From Chara braunii (taxonomy: Eukaryota; Plantae; Charophyceae): a DNA stretch of 64,000 nucleotides. The notes below the pieces were generated by a model, which was given only the letters and a program-made list of their open reading frames with translations, ran no database searches and was not told the origin of the DNA. Positions 13,373 to 24,459 of this stretch are shown piece by piece. Within the stretch, counting starts at the first letter, position 1, and each line of letters begins with the position of its first letter. The DNA lies in assembly GCA_003427395.1 (NCBI GenBank), contig BFEA01000014.1, forward strand, positions 527,883 through 591,882, in the 5' to 3' direction. A program made the position numbers and the translations under genes.

Positions 13373-13616
13373 TGGGAGATCTCAGTTCTGTCTATGTCCC
13401 CGCACTCAATTTTCCAGAAATCCCCGGCACACCCCATCTTTGCTGCCTTTCCCCGCCCCCCCGCCTTCCGCAACCCAAAACACTCCGACCGGAAAGCAGT
13501 GCAGGGCATGAGGTTGAGCGTCACAGGCACGCAACCAAAAAAAGAAAAAGAAAAAGAAAAAGAAAACAGGGAGCACAACCAAAAACAGTCCACCTGCCTG
13601 ACTGAACTGCAGTTCC

Positions 13617-13722
13617 GTCCTTTGGGACATCCGTTCAGATTGGAACGATACATAGATGATTAGCATGGCCCCTGTCCAAGGATGACACGCATTTAAATAA
13701 ATAAATAAATAAATAAAAAAAC
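13617..13722 (+). pseudogene. 3'-truncated U6 snRNA retrocopy with A-rich tail
   Basis: gtcctttgggacatccgttcagattggaacgatacatagatgattagcatggcccctgtccaaggatgacacgcat matches the 5' ~75 nt of plant U6; (TAAA)n tail; 10-bp TSD ctgcagttcc at 13607-13616 and 13723-13732. Confidence 0.9.
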
Positions 13723-15060
13723 CTGCAGTTCCAAACTGCCCAGTGCGACTTTCTGCAAAGTGGAGTTTCTTTCGACTGCATAGTACGCTCCCCACGGGAC
13801 TGGAATTAAAAACTGCAGTTTGAAATGGATTTAGATACTCAAACTATGACCGCGCCCTAGTTTTCTCAAAATAAAATCATGTGTGATTTATTGTGTCCAT
13901 CTATCAGGAGGGGCCAAGTCCCACTTAAGGCTGATCTGTCATCTACTTTAAGAACTTGAGCATTTAGGGTACTGATTGGGACTTGGTCCCAGCTCCTATG
14001 TCCTGTGTTGCAAATTTAGGGTAACTTAAGTGGGACTTGGTCCCATCTCCTAACATCTCTTATGTTGAGAATTTAGGGCATTGCCAAGTGGGTATTGGTC
14101 CCAGGTCCTGTGTCCCCTACGGTTATCGACGTATCACGCACAACCCAGTCCATTCACAAGCTCTGAGATTCAACTGGCGGAACTAGGACGACGACCAGAC
14201 TTCCATCATCATCATCCCTCTTTGCTCTCTATACCTCAGAAGCTCTTTTAGACCTGCTACCGTCGCCTGCAAAACTTTGACAAGGACCAGACTTCCATCA
14301 TGCCTCTGTGCTCTATTCCTACACATTGTATGCATTCATTATCCGGGTGCATTATGCATTATGTTCGGGGGAAGATGGGAGTAAGGGGTAACCTACCTGA
14401 TCGCGCGCCCTCATTTCGGCTGTCCCTGACTGGAAATACACATTGTATACATTCATTATCCGGGTGCATTATGCATTATGTTCAGGGGAAGATGGGAGTA
14501 GGGTAACCTACCTCATCACATTGCGGACAACCAGTATACGATAGATGGAGACCCGTCCTTCACAAAATGCTATTCCTAAAATTGACTTAGGGCGAGACCC
14601 CACTGGCAAAGAGGATTGGAAGAAGTGTCTGAATCTGGACGTGTTTCACGCAGAGGTGCAGAAAAGTAGATCAATGATCAGAAGTTGTTGATGACACTCT
14701 CTTCACTCTTCAACTTCCTAAAATTGACTTACAGTAACTAGTCTTTCCCCAAATACAATGCACAGTCATTATAGCTGAATTTGGGGTATCTTTCAGTCTA
14801 AATACAACTCTAATGACCGTACGTTGTAACTTCCTAACATTCACTTACAGTAACTAGTCTTCCCCCGAATACAACCTACGGTCATTATAGCTGTATTTAG
14901 ACGTACGGTCATTATGGCTGAATTTGGGGTATCCTTCAGTCAAAATACAGCTATAATGAACGTTGTATTCGGGGGAAGAAGGTACACAAGTTGTTTATCA
15001 CTGAGACATAGGCAGCCTCAAGTTGTTCTTGTTGAATTAGGCATTCAATTTGCCAAGCTG

Positions 15061-15249
15061 TTTTTTTTTTTTTTTTTTTTCAGAAAAGGGCGACGGCCTT
15101 GAGATATTATCATTGAGCTGAGTGGCCCCAGGCAATTCGTTAGTAGTTGGTTTTACTCATCAAGTTCAGTCATCTGGATTCGAACTCAGCACCTGGTCTG
15201 TATTTCAACAGTTCATGGGTGTGGTCCCCACTGAGCTAGGCTCGTGGGT
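15061..15249 (-). mobile_element. tRNA-derived SINE
   Basis: Minus strand has A-box tagctcagtgg, B-box gagttcgaatcc, 3' tail ...tctcaaggccgtcgccctt and poly(A). Confidence 0.85.
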
Positions 15250-15293
15250 TTCACGACACTTTATGTTTGTCGACAAATCGAAAAATTGAATGC

Positions 15294-15395
15294 ACCCAAG
15301 AGCCTAGCTCAGTGGGTCGGCTATTTCTGAATTACCTGGGGCCGGTCAGCTTAATGATGATATCTCAAGGCCGTCGCCCTTAAAAAAAAAATAAA
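15294..15395 (+). mobile_element. Internally deleted copy of the same SINE
   Basis: Same 5' end acccaagagcctagctcagtgg and same 3' tail; poly(A); 13-bp TSD aaaaattgaatgc. Confidence 0.85.
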
Positions 15396-15670
15396 AAAAA
15401 TTGAATGCTCTTCGGCAACGAGGGTGTCACTGAGGGAAAAAAAAAAAAAAAAAAAGGGTGTCACTGAGGGATCGAGACACCCTCAGGTGACCCTACCGGA
15501 CTGGAAAGCTAGCTTGGATATACACAGTGTGACAGTGGACATTTTCGAAGGCCTTTTCGCTGATCCAGAAGGGCATTTTTCAAACTCAAAAGCCCTGACT
15601 ACCGGTAGTACGCCCTTTTTCTCATAAATGAAAATGACCGAAAGTGCGCACAGCACAAACGCGCACATGC

Positions 15671-16010
15671 TTTGTAATGCCAATTGGGGGGACCAACGGG
15701 CTATCTCTAGGTGGCGGACGCCAAGCATGCCCATTAAAATGCAGTGTCTGCTGATGTTCATAGGGGGAGGGGTAATCGGGGAGGCACAGCGACTTGCCAC
15801 TCAGATGATGCTCGGTCCCTCTGCTACCGGCTGTCCCCTGGCCGGTGTCCCCCGTTGGGGTTTCCCTGAAGGCAATAAATAAAGGCCACCCCGGGCTGAA
15901 AAGGCCACCCGATGTCAGATTAGACACAATATTGAATTTACCTGGGCTGGTTAGTCCGATGATAATACCTCAAGGTCATCGCCCTTCAAAAAAAAAAAAA
16001 AAAAAAAAAA
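15671..16010 (+). mobile_element. 5'-truncated non-LTR retroelement 3' end sharing the SINE tail
   Basis: Ends ...ctcaaggtcatcgcccttc plus poly(A); 14-bp TSD aaacgcgcacatgc; no tRNA head. Confidence 0.75.
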
Positions 16011-16599
16011 ACGCGCACATGCACTGCCGGCCTTTTTTCGTTCAACTTGGTTAAAAATGTTTTGTCAGAAACAAGAATCAACACCCAGCTCGAACGGAGA
16101 GCAGCTATAATAATGGCTCCGGAGAACACCAATCAGAAGATGTCCTCTGCTCTTTGCATATTATATTAGTCCATCCATCAGAGAGTCCTTAAGAGAAAGT
16201 TAAGAGGCCTTCCCTCTTGATACAGAGGATCCCTTGCAGTAGGAGGGGGTCCGGTCCGACTCTGCTTCGTGTCAAAAACAAGAAACAACAACCAGCTCCA
16301 GCGACGAGCAGCTATGGCTCCGGAGTCTGGAGGACGGTAAGAGAAGAAGTGTTCTGCTTTTTTCATACATTAAACTTGATTAAACCATAATCAGAGAGGC
16401 GGCCATCAGAGTCTTGAGGCGTTCACAGAGAACCCCTAGCAGTAGGCGGGGGTCTGCTTTGAGCACGTAATCCGAACGTGTACTGCCAGCCTGGGATTCT
16501 CTTCTGAAGGCCTCTTCCTTATCCTTTTTTTTTTTGTTGTTGGCAAGAGAGATTCGATCCTCAGATCGGATGCTTGGAAGAAAGTACCGAGACGTACTA

Positions 16600-16704
16600 C
16601 AGTCTCCCCCCGAATACAACGCACGGTCATTATAACAGAATTTGGTGTATCTTTCAGTCTAAATTCAGATATAATGACCGTGCGTTGTATTCGGGGGAAG
16701 CCTG
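16600..16704. mobile_element. Tc1/mariner-type (TA-flanked) MITE
   Basis: Imperfect TIRs with core cccccgaatacaacgcacggtcattata; TA on both flanks; relatives at ~14740-14980, 17396-17500 and 63250-63487. Confidence 0.8.
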
Positions 16705-16879
16705 TAGGCTGGTTCTTGACGGGCTGACACACAGCCTCAACTCTGAAAACCTGTGCAAGAGGCAGTTCAGATCCCCTAGTGCTACGGGTGAATAGTTCTG
16801 TGTTGTAGGCTAAGCGGAAGATTCATTCTCATTTTGCAGAATCTGATTTGGAGAGCGGTGGAGCGAGGCCCACTTTCAA

Positions 16880-17292
16880 GCCATTGAGGCCATTCCTTCG
16901 GCTAGGCACACGCTTGGAAGCCATTCCCTCGGCTTGTCACACACTAAGGCATTCGCTCGGCTTGTCGCACTCGTGAAAGCCATTCCCTCGGCTTGTCACA
17001 CACTTGGAAGCCATTCCCTTGTCGCACTCATGAAAGCCATTCCCTCGGATTGTCACACACTTGGAAGCCATTCACTCCGCTTGCCACCCACTTGGCAGCC
17101 ATTACCTTGTCGCACTCGTGAAAGCCATTTCCTCGGATTGTCACACACTTTGAAGCCATTCCCTCGGTCGGTCCCCCACTTCCCCGTTCCAAGCCCTTCC
17201 CTCGGTCGGTCACACACTTTAAAGCCCTTCCCTCGGTCCGTCACACACTTTAAAGCCCTCCCCTCGGTCGGTCACACACTTTGAACTTTGAA
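16880..17292. repeat. Minisatellite, ~29-31-bp unit, ~13 copies
   Basis: aagccattccctcggcttgtcacacacttgg variants in tandem. Confidence 0.9.
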
Positions 17293-19155
17293 GCCAAGAA
17301 TAGCACGCCAGATTAGATGGGCACGCAGTTGCTTACGTGTAGGTAAACTTCGGTGCCTGCGGGATGGATGGCTATAAATACGTGAAGAAGTGATACCGTC
17401 TTCCCCCGCACACAACGCACCCTTATTTTGGCCGTATCTGGCCGGAAATATAGCTTGTATACATTCATTTTTAGGATGCGTTATGTGCGGGGGAAGACGG
17501 TAGTGTGCTAAGTGTGTGTATGCCCTGATTTTGGTTAAGACTTAATATCCTCATTGCGCTTGCCTGATATTGATGGACGGTTTTCCGCACAACGAAAAAG
17601 GGAAAAAGAAAAAAGAAAAAAAAGAAGTTCGATCTCACTTTGGTGGGACAGGTAGTTACCGGCTGAGGGAAGAGGCAGGGGACGAGAGGAGGACTAAAGT
17701 AGGGGATAGATCAGATAGGTTAGTACTACTTAGTAGCAATAGTCAGAACCAGGGTACTCGGTTTTAGTTCGGACCACAGTAGGTATTGAAGGGGAGGAGG
17801 GTGGAGAGTGCCAAGGGGACTGGGAACCTCGGTTCCACCGGTCGAATATGTGCCTCCAAGAGACCCGCCAAGTCTCATTCGCATGAAATTAAAGAAATCT
17901 TGATATTGATTATAGTATCAATCATAATCGAATAGGCCGGCGTCAGGCCGCAGTAGGCCTGTGAATTGGCTAGAAGTAGCTGTGGTAGGAGTTAGGAGTA
18001 TAGTTTGACATGTGAAGACATTTTGGCAAGAAGTGCTGTTTCGGAGTTAAGAATAGTAATTGACTTGTTTGAATCACGGGGAAAACTAGCATAGGATTTC
18101 AAGTACAGTCTGCAGTGGAATCAGAGGAAGATAAGCTAAACTGGCTGATGCTGCCAGGATAACAGGTCCCCGGCCTCGAGATATCTTGGTTTGCAATACA
18201 AGCGAACGTGTTCTGGGTAAAAAAAAATAAAAAAAATAAAATAAAAATCCCTCCTACCCTAACTGTTCTTGCTTTTTGGCCCCCCTTTTTTTTGATGTAT
18301 CTGGCCACAATTCCGTCCAGAGCTTTGCTCCCATTGCTCAGCTGATTGGTCATCTGATTGCTCTTTTTTTTTTTTTTTCTCTTCGTTCTTCTTTTTTTGC
18401 ATCACATCCTCTGAAGGCGTTCTCACACTATCTTTTTAGAATATATCCGACTGCAATCACGCCCGCGGCCCGCCGCTCCATGAATCTGACCGCAATCACG
18501 TCCAGAGCTCAGTCGACGAAGTCCTAGTCCGACTATATATATCTGTATCGTAAATAAATCCAAGGTGTGTCATGGCAACTTTGCATGCAAGGCCATCGGA
18601 TATTGACCGTGATTGCGGTCAGATTCATCGAGCGGCGACCAAAAGATATTTGCAATGCATCAGATCCATGATTGCGATCACATTCATCGAGCGAAACGCC
18701 AGTGTGCGTGCGACCGTGTCATGGCAACTTTGCATGCCATGCCATGAGATACTGACCGTCGATTGCCGTCGGCGGTCAAGAGATATTTGCAATGCATCAT
18801 ATTCATGATTGCGTTCAGATTCGTGGAGCGAAACGCAAGTCCGTGCAACGTACTTTGAATGCAATGCCACGAGATGTTGACCGCCGATTGCTCTGACCAA
18901 GCGGAAAGAGGAAGGGTTAATTTCAAAAATATTGCTCGTTTCGAAGTTTGGGAGCAAAAATGTCGTCCGTTCGAAGTTTCCTTTGCAAAAATAGATGTTT
19001 CGTTGCAGCTTCATCGGCCCCTGGCCTCAGGGACTCAGGGACTCTGCGTTCCGGCCTCAGGCACTCAGCGCACTTCTTTTTTTTTTTTTTTTTCCGCCGG
19101 CGTCGCCGAGGCATCTCGGCCGTGGCCACGCCGAGATGCCTCGGCCACGTTTCCT

Positions 19156-19190
<35 letters not shown>

Positions 19191-19840
19191 CACTCACACA
19201 CACTCCGGCCCCTTCTATTGCTAGGGGACGTCAGTCCGGTTGTTTATTTCCAGCAAACATGATATATGATCTTTGCACGTTTNNNNNNNNNNNNNNNNNN
19301 NNNNNNNNNNNNNNNNNNNNNNNNNNNNNNNNNNNNNNNNNNNNNNNNNNNNNNNNNNNNNNNNNNNNNNNNNNNNNNNNNNNNNNNNNNNNNNNNNNNN
19401 NNNNNNNNNNNNNNNNNNNNNNNNNNNNNNNNNNNNNNNNNNNNNNNNNNNNNNNNNNNNNNNNNNNNNNNNNNNNNNNNNNNNNNNNNNNNNNNNNNNN
19501 NNNNNNNNNNNNNNNNNNNNNNNNNNNNNNNNNNNNNNNNNNNNNNNNNNNNNNNNNNNNNNNNNNNNNNNNNNNNNNNNNNNNNNNNNNNNNNNNNNNN
19601 NNNNNNNNNNNNNNNNNNNNNNNNNNNNNNNNNNNNNNNNNNNNNNNNNNNNNNNNNNNNNNNNNNNNNNNNNNNNNNNNNNNNNNNNNNNNNNNNNNNN
19701 NNNNNNNNNNNNNNNNNNNNNNNNNNNNNNNNNNNNNNNNNNNNNNNNNNNNNNNNNNNNNNNNNNNNNNNNNNNNNNNNNNNNNNNNNNNNNNNNNNNN
19801 NNNNNNNNNNNNNNNNNNNNNNNNNNNNNNNNNNNNNNNN

Positions 19841-21030
19841 GGCAACATGCATGCATGAAACATCGACCGTCAATTGCTGACCAAACAGCACAGCGATCGT
19901 TGATTGCTGGCAAAACGGAAGAACGACCGTCGATTGAAGACCAAAACACAACAAACGGTACGTGCAACGAGTCAAGGGCCAACATGCATGCATGCATGAA
20001 ACATCGACCGTCCATTGCTGACCAAAAAGAAGAAACGACCGTTAATTGCTGGCAAAACGGAAGAACGACCGTCCATTGTTAACGGAACAGAAAAACGACC
20101 GTCAATTGCTAATTGGTAGCCAAACAGAAGAACGACCGTTAATCGCTGACCACACAGAAGAAGAACGACCGTGAATTGCTGACCAAACAGAAAGACCGGC
20201 ACGTGCAACGAGCCACCAAAGAGAACGACCGGACCGGTACGAGCAACGGCTCATGTACAGATTTCATATGGTATGAAAAATCGCTATTATTGATTTAGAA
20301 AGAACACTTCTTTTAATTATTTGCGAAGAGCTGCTGAGCTTGTCATTTGATTGAGTACATAATTCGACCAAAATGGTCAGAAATCATTTGTAAATACTAA
20401 ATACTAATCCACGAAAAACAATCAAATAACTCAGAAAAAAATGGCAAAAGACACATGTCAAAGTTATATTAGTCAGCATCCCCGCATGAAACGTCGACAG
20501 TCAACAACGGCTGACCAAACAAAAGAACGACAGGCTGAAACTGTTGCTGACCAAACAGAAAAACGATCGTCAATTGCTCACCAAAAAAAAAAAAAAAAAA
20601 AAAAGAATAACGACCGGTCATTTGTGACCAATCAGAACGACCGGTACGTGCAACAGGTCAAGGCAACGTCATGGTGCATGCATCAAACAACGACCGTGTG
20701 TTGCTGAAACAAAAAAAAAAAAAGGACCGTCAATTTGCTCACCAAAAAAAACAGAAGAACGACCGGTCATTTCTGACCAAGCAGAACGACCGGTCATTTC
20801 TGACCAAGCAGAACGACCGGAACGTGCTACGGGTCAAGGGTCAATGCAACGTCACGGTGCATGCATCAAACAACCACCGCTGACCAAACAGAACAACGAC
20901 CGTCAAATTGAATTGCTTATCAAAACGAAGAACGACCGTCAAGTGCTGACCAATCAGAACGACCGGTCGGGCAACGGCTCAAGAGAAGTTCAACATGCAT
21001 GCACGAAAGATCGACCGTCCGTTACAGAGA
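19841..21030. repeat. Degenerate satellite-like array built on gaacgaccgtcaattgctgaccaaac
   Basis: Many aacgaccg-centred units in two blocks (19841-20250 and 20480-21030). Confidence 0.75.
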
Positions 21031-21034
21031 TCGA

Positions 21035-21112
21035 GTCCTTCGGGACATCCGTTAAAATTGGAACGATACAAAGAAGGGTAAAATAGCAAATGGCCCCTGC
21101 GCAAGGGACACA
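21035..21112 (+). pseudogene. U6 snRNA-derived copy (5' part, with small insertions)
   Basis: gtccttcgggacatccgttaaaattggaacgatacaaagaag...tagcaaatggcccctgcgcaagggacac; no USE/TATA upstream. Confidence 0.9.
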
Positions 21113-21210
21113 AACAATAAATAAGGACACCCAGAAAGACCAAGATGACCAGCCAGAAACACAGACACCGAGATAATAAGGAGGAGGAAGAAGCCCTTCG
21201 TGGCATCCGC

Positions 21211-21245
<35 letters not shown>

Positions 21246-21325
21246 GGAAAAAAAACAAAGAAAAGGCAGAAAGACAGATGACCAAACAGAAACACCGAGA
21301 CCGAGAAAGTAAGAAGAAGGAAGAA

Positions 21326-21442
21326 GCCCTTTGTAACATCCATTAAAATCCGAATCTGGATGGATGCAGAGAAGATTGAGTAGCATGGCCACTGCGCGAA
21401 GGATGGATGACACACATAGTACATCATGAAATGGTCCAAACT
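21326..21442 (+). pseudogene. Degenerate near-full-length U6 copy with many micro-insertions, followed by an A/purine-rich tail
   Basis: Collinear U6 blocks: acatccattaaaat, cagagaagatt, tagcatggcc, ctgcgc, aaggatg, gatgacac, gaaatggtccaaa. Confidence 0.8.
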
Positions 21443-21863
21443 AATCAAAAAAAAATCAAAAAATAAAAAAAAAACAAAAAAAAACAGGAAGGAAGAAGGT
21501 AGAAGGAAGAGAAAGGGAAAGAAAGAAATAAAAAGGTGTGTGCGACCGGAACGTCAAGATCCCCGAAATTACCTGACTTGCGACGAGAATAACGCACCCT
21601 GATAATGAATGTATACAAGCTAGACTTCAGGTCCGGTGCAGCCAGAATGAGCGTTCGTAGTACTTGGGGGAAGGCGCGCGTAGTACCCGTAGAAATAACG
21701 CCTATGGACGCTATAGACGCACACGATATTGTGCCTCACTCCACTACACCACAGGCTATATCTATCTTGGGGGACCTTATAGCCCCGGTACATTTAAAAA
21801 GGTTGGACTCCTCCGAATGCACAAGGTCCAGAAAGGCGTCCAAGTGCGTGTAAAATGCAGAGT

Positions 21864-21866
<3 letters not shown>

Positions 21867-21951
<85 letters not shown>

Positions 21952-22289
21952 NNNNNNNNNNNNNNNNNNNNNNNNNNNNNNNNNNNNNNNNNNNNNNNNN
22001 NNNNNNNNNNNNNNNNNNNNNNNNNNNNNNNNNNNNNNNNNNNNNNNNNNNNNNNNNNNNNNNNNNNNNNNNNNNNNNNNNNNNNNNNNNNNNNNNNNNN
22101 NNNNNNNNNNNNNNNNNNNNNNNNNNNNNNNNNNNNNNNNNNNNNNNNNNNNNNNNNNNNNNNNNNNNNNNNNNNNNNNNNNNNNNNNNNNNNNNNNNNN
22201 NNNNNNNNNNNNNNNNNNNNNNNNNNNNNNNNNNNNNNNNNNNNNNNNNNNNNNNNNNNNNNNNNNNNNNNNNNNNNNNNNNNNNNNNN

Positions 22290-22330
<41 letters not shown>
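21867..22330. repeat. (CT)n and (GT)n microsatellites flanking an assembly gap
   Basis: Read directly from sequence. Confidence 0.95.
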
Positions 22331-22331
<1 letters not shown>

Positions 22332-22394
22332 TGTCTGTTGTTTGTGTGTGTGTTGTCATATTCGCTATACACTCAAACAACGCATGACTGTGCC

Positions 22395-22436
22395 GAACAG
22401 ACTGTTTAGTCGGACTTTCACCGACTCATCAGGAGG
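22395..22436 (-). pseudogene. Fragment of the hammerhead-ribozyme element (core mutated)
   Basis: Minus strand cctcctgatgagtcggtgaaagtccgactaaacagtctgt closely matches 42073-42112; GAAA changed to TAAA. Confidence 0.8.
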
Positions 22437-23559
22437 TTGTGTGTGTGTGTGTGCGTGTGTGTGTGTGTGTTCCGTGTTTTTTTTCCCGCCATCCGTAACT
22501 CCACAGAGGACAATGGCTGTGCGACACTGTTTCGTTGTGTGTGTGAGAGTGGTGGGACTCTTACAGACTCCGTGTGTGTACCTGTGTGTTTGACGGCTGA
22601 CAGTTGCAAACAGATTCAGACGGAGGGGCTGCATACGCCCACTCCATGGCATCATCGTTAAGAACTCCGACGGTCGTGAAGTTCAACCACAAAGCGCCGC
22701 ATACATACTAGGTTCACATAGGTGTGAACAACCTCGGGGGCGCGAAGAAGAAGAAGAAGGGCTTAGGCAGGCCAAGGAGGGCTGGGACGGAAGACGGGAG
22801 AAGACGGGTGGAGAGGGAGAAGAAGGCGGTCCTTGGGAGATAATAACACCAACCAACCAATGGAACACATCTCACCGTAGGAGCGCCTCGAAGCTGCTTG
22901 CAGCTGTTGCACCCACTCCTCCTCGCTTGCTTGCAGTTGCTCCTACTGCTCGGCATGTGTGACTTCGCTGCTATACGCCTACCTACCTATATGTAGGCCA
23001 CCGCCGCGCCACTCACCAAACGTGCAATACGCATTGAGAAATTTTCAATCAATCTTCTTCAGCCAGCACATGGGAAGATGCGCCGGCGGGTGCCTTCGGT
23101 GCCTTTGGTGAGTTGTTTGGTGAGTACTGCGGCGAGGCCCAGAGGCCCATAGCACCACTCTCTGGGCCTTCCCCCCCCCNCCCCCCNCTTCTCGAAACGT
23201 GGACAAGACAAAAATGTGGCGGGAGCATCTGGCCATGTTCTAGCNGGAAGTTCATTCTCATTTTGCACATTCCGACCGAGAGTCGTGTGGCGATGCCCTC
23301 TATCAGTTATCTGCCTCCACGGTTGCCGCCCCTCCTCTCACCCTTCATCTCTTTGACCTGACCAGCCCCCTCCGGCTTTAGGTAAATTCAGATCGTCAGA
23401 GTCCGATGGCTCCGATCCCTCATGGTACATGGTAAACACTACCTATAATCTCCTACTTCCCATCGTCAGAGTACAGACGAGTTCGAACTCACGTCCCATT
23501 TCAAGAATTCATAGGTCTACCAGCTGGCCTACGGTGAGGATGTACCGTAGGCCAGTTGG

Positions 23560-23847
23560 TACTCCATTTCTGTTTCTGGATTCATGCCTGTCAGGTCCCG
23601 GTAATCTTCTTCTCTCTCTGTATCGTGCTCCATAGGCCTATTTGGCACTCCGGTGAGCCTCTGGTAGACCTCTGTATCGCGCATTTCTGTTTCTGGAGAA
23701 AAAAATAAAAATAAAAAAATAATGGAGCACGATACACGGTAATGTTCTTCTCTCTCTGTATCGTGCTCCATTACTTTTTTATTTTTATTTTTTTCTCCAT
23801 TATTTTAACGGATGTCCCGAAGGAGTCTATTTGGCACTCCGGTGAGC
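23560..23847 (-). pseudogene. Scrambled U6-derived insertion with snap-back hairpin
   Basis: Minus strand ccttcgggacatccgttaaaat (U6 5' end) and repeated tggagcacgatacagagagagaaga (U6 ACAGAGA region); 43-bp inverted arms 23694-23736 / 23757-23799; 21-bp direct repeat at 23638 and 23827. Confidence 0.75.
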
Positions 23848-24291
23848 TTTGACCCAGCCTTCTTCCTGGCCACCGACCATCAGACCATGAGGTCACAGTT
23901 CAACGCGGGAAGAGACGTGGGGTCTCGCCGCCGCACTGCTCACCAAATGCACAAAGACGATAGCTATGCCTGTGTATCTGTCCATGTTCTTTGAGTGGTG
24001 CGCCGAGGCCCGACGCCTCCGCGTTCACTCACAAAGGCCTCGCTCGCCACACGCGGCAAGACCCCGCTTGCGCAAATTAGGAGATTTCGGCCGTTGATCT
24101 TTGCTATCTACGGTCAGTATCTCTTAATTCGTGCAAGTGGGATCTAGCCCACGGGCACACGAAACGAAAAAAAAAAAAAAGAGAAAGAAAAACGAGTGCA
24201 TCTGCCTGCAGTAGCCGCCCGGATACACCCGTTACACCGAGATACATCCGTTATAACACGGAGATACGTCCGTTACTATTCGTAGTGGCCG

Positions 24292-24459
24292 GCGCCGAGG
24301 TCCCACTAGCAAAGAGGATTGGATCGAACGCCTGAATCTGGACTTGGTTTTGGAATGGTGCATAATGTCGCGATTGAACTGCTTTCCTGCATCTCTGCTT
24401 AAACCACGTCCAGATTCGGGATATTTATCCAATCCTCTTTGCAAGTGGGACCTCGCCCC
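24292..24459. mobile_element. MITE, TIR gaggtcccactagcaaagaggattggat
   Basis: Inverted copy atccaatcctctttgcaagtgggacctc at the right end; truncated relatives at ~14591 and ~63546. Confidence 0.7.

Larger units (their letters stand above)
10951..13867. mobile_element. Non-autonomous MULE-like element with long imperfect TIRs and nested insertions
   Basis: Termini ggggtaact... / ...tagttttctc; ~120-140-bp inverted arms (10951-11091 vs 13723-13867); 9-bp TSD aaaatagaa/aaaataaaa (8/9). Confidence 0.8.

Noticed and set aside
18995-20082. Long ORFs spanning N runs (also at 4.2-4.5, 21.9-22.3, 46.8-47.0 and 63.7 kb)
   Set aside because: Open only because of assembly gaps.
13617-21442. Functional U6 snRNA genes
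   Set aside because: All copies are truncated or carry insertions in conserved boxes, and lack upstream USE/TATA and a proper T-run terminator.
22625-22750. Stuttered 5S rRNA copy (collinear blocks catac, agaactccg, agtt, aagcg, tactagg, acctc, gaag)
   Set aside because: Blocks are only 4-9 nt, and aactccgacg also matches the hammerhead element; cannot be separated from chance without a scored alignment.
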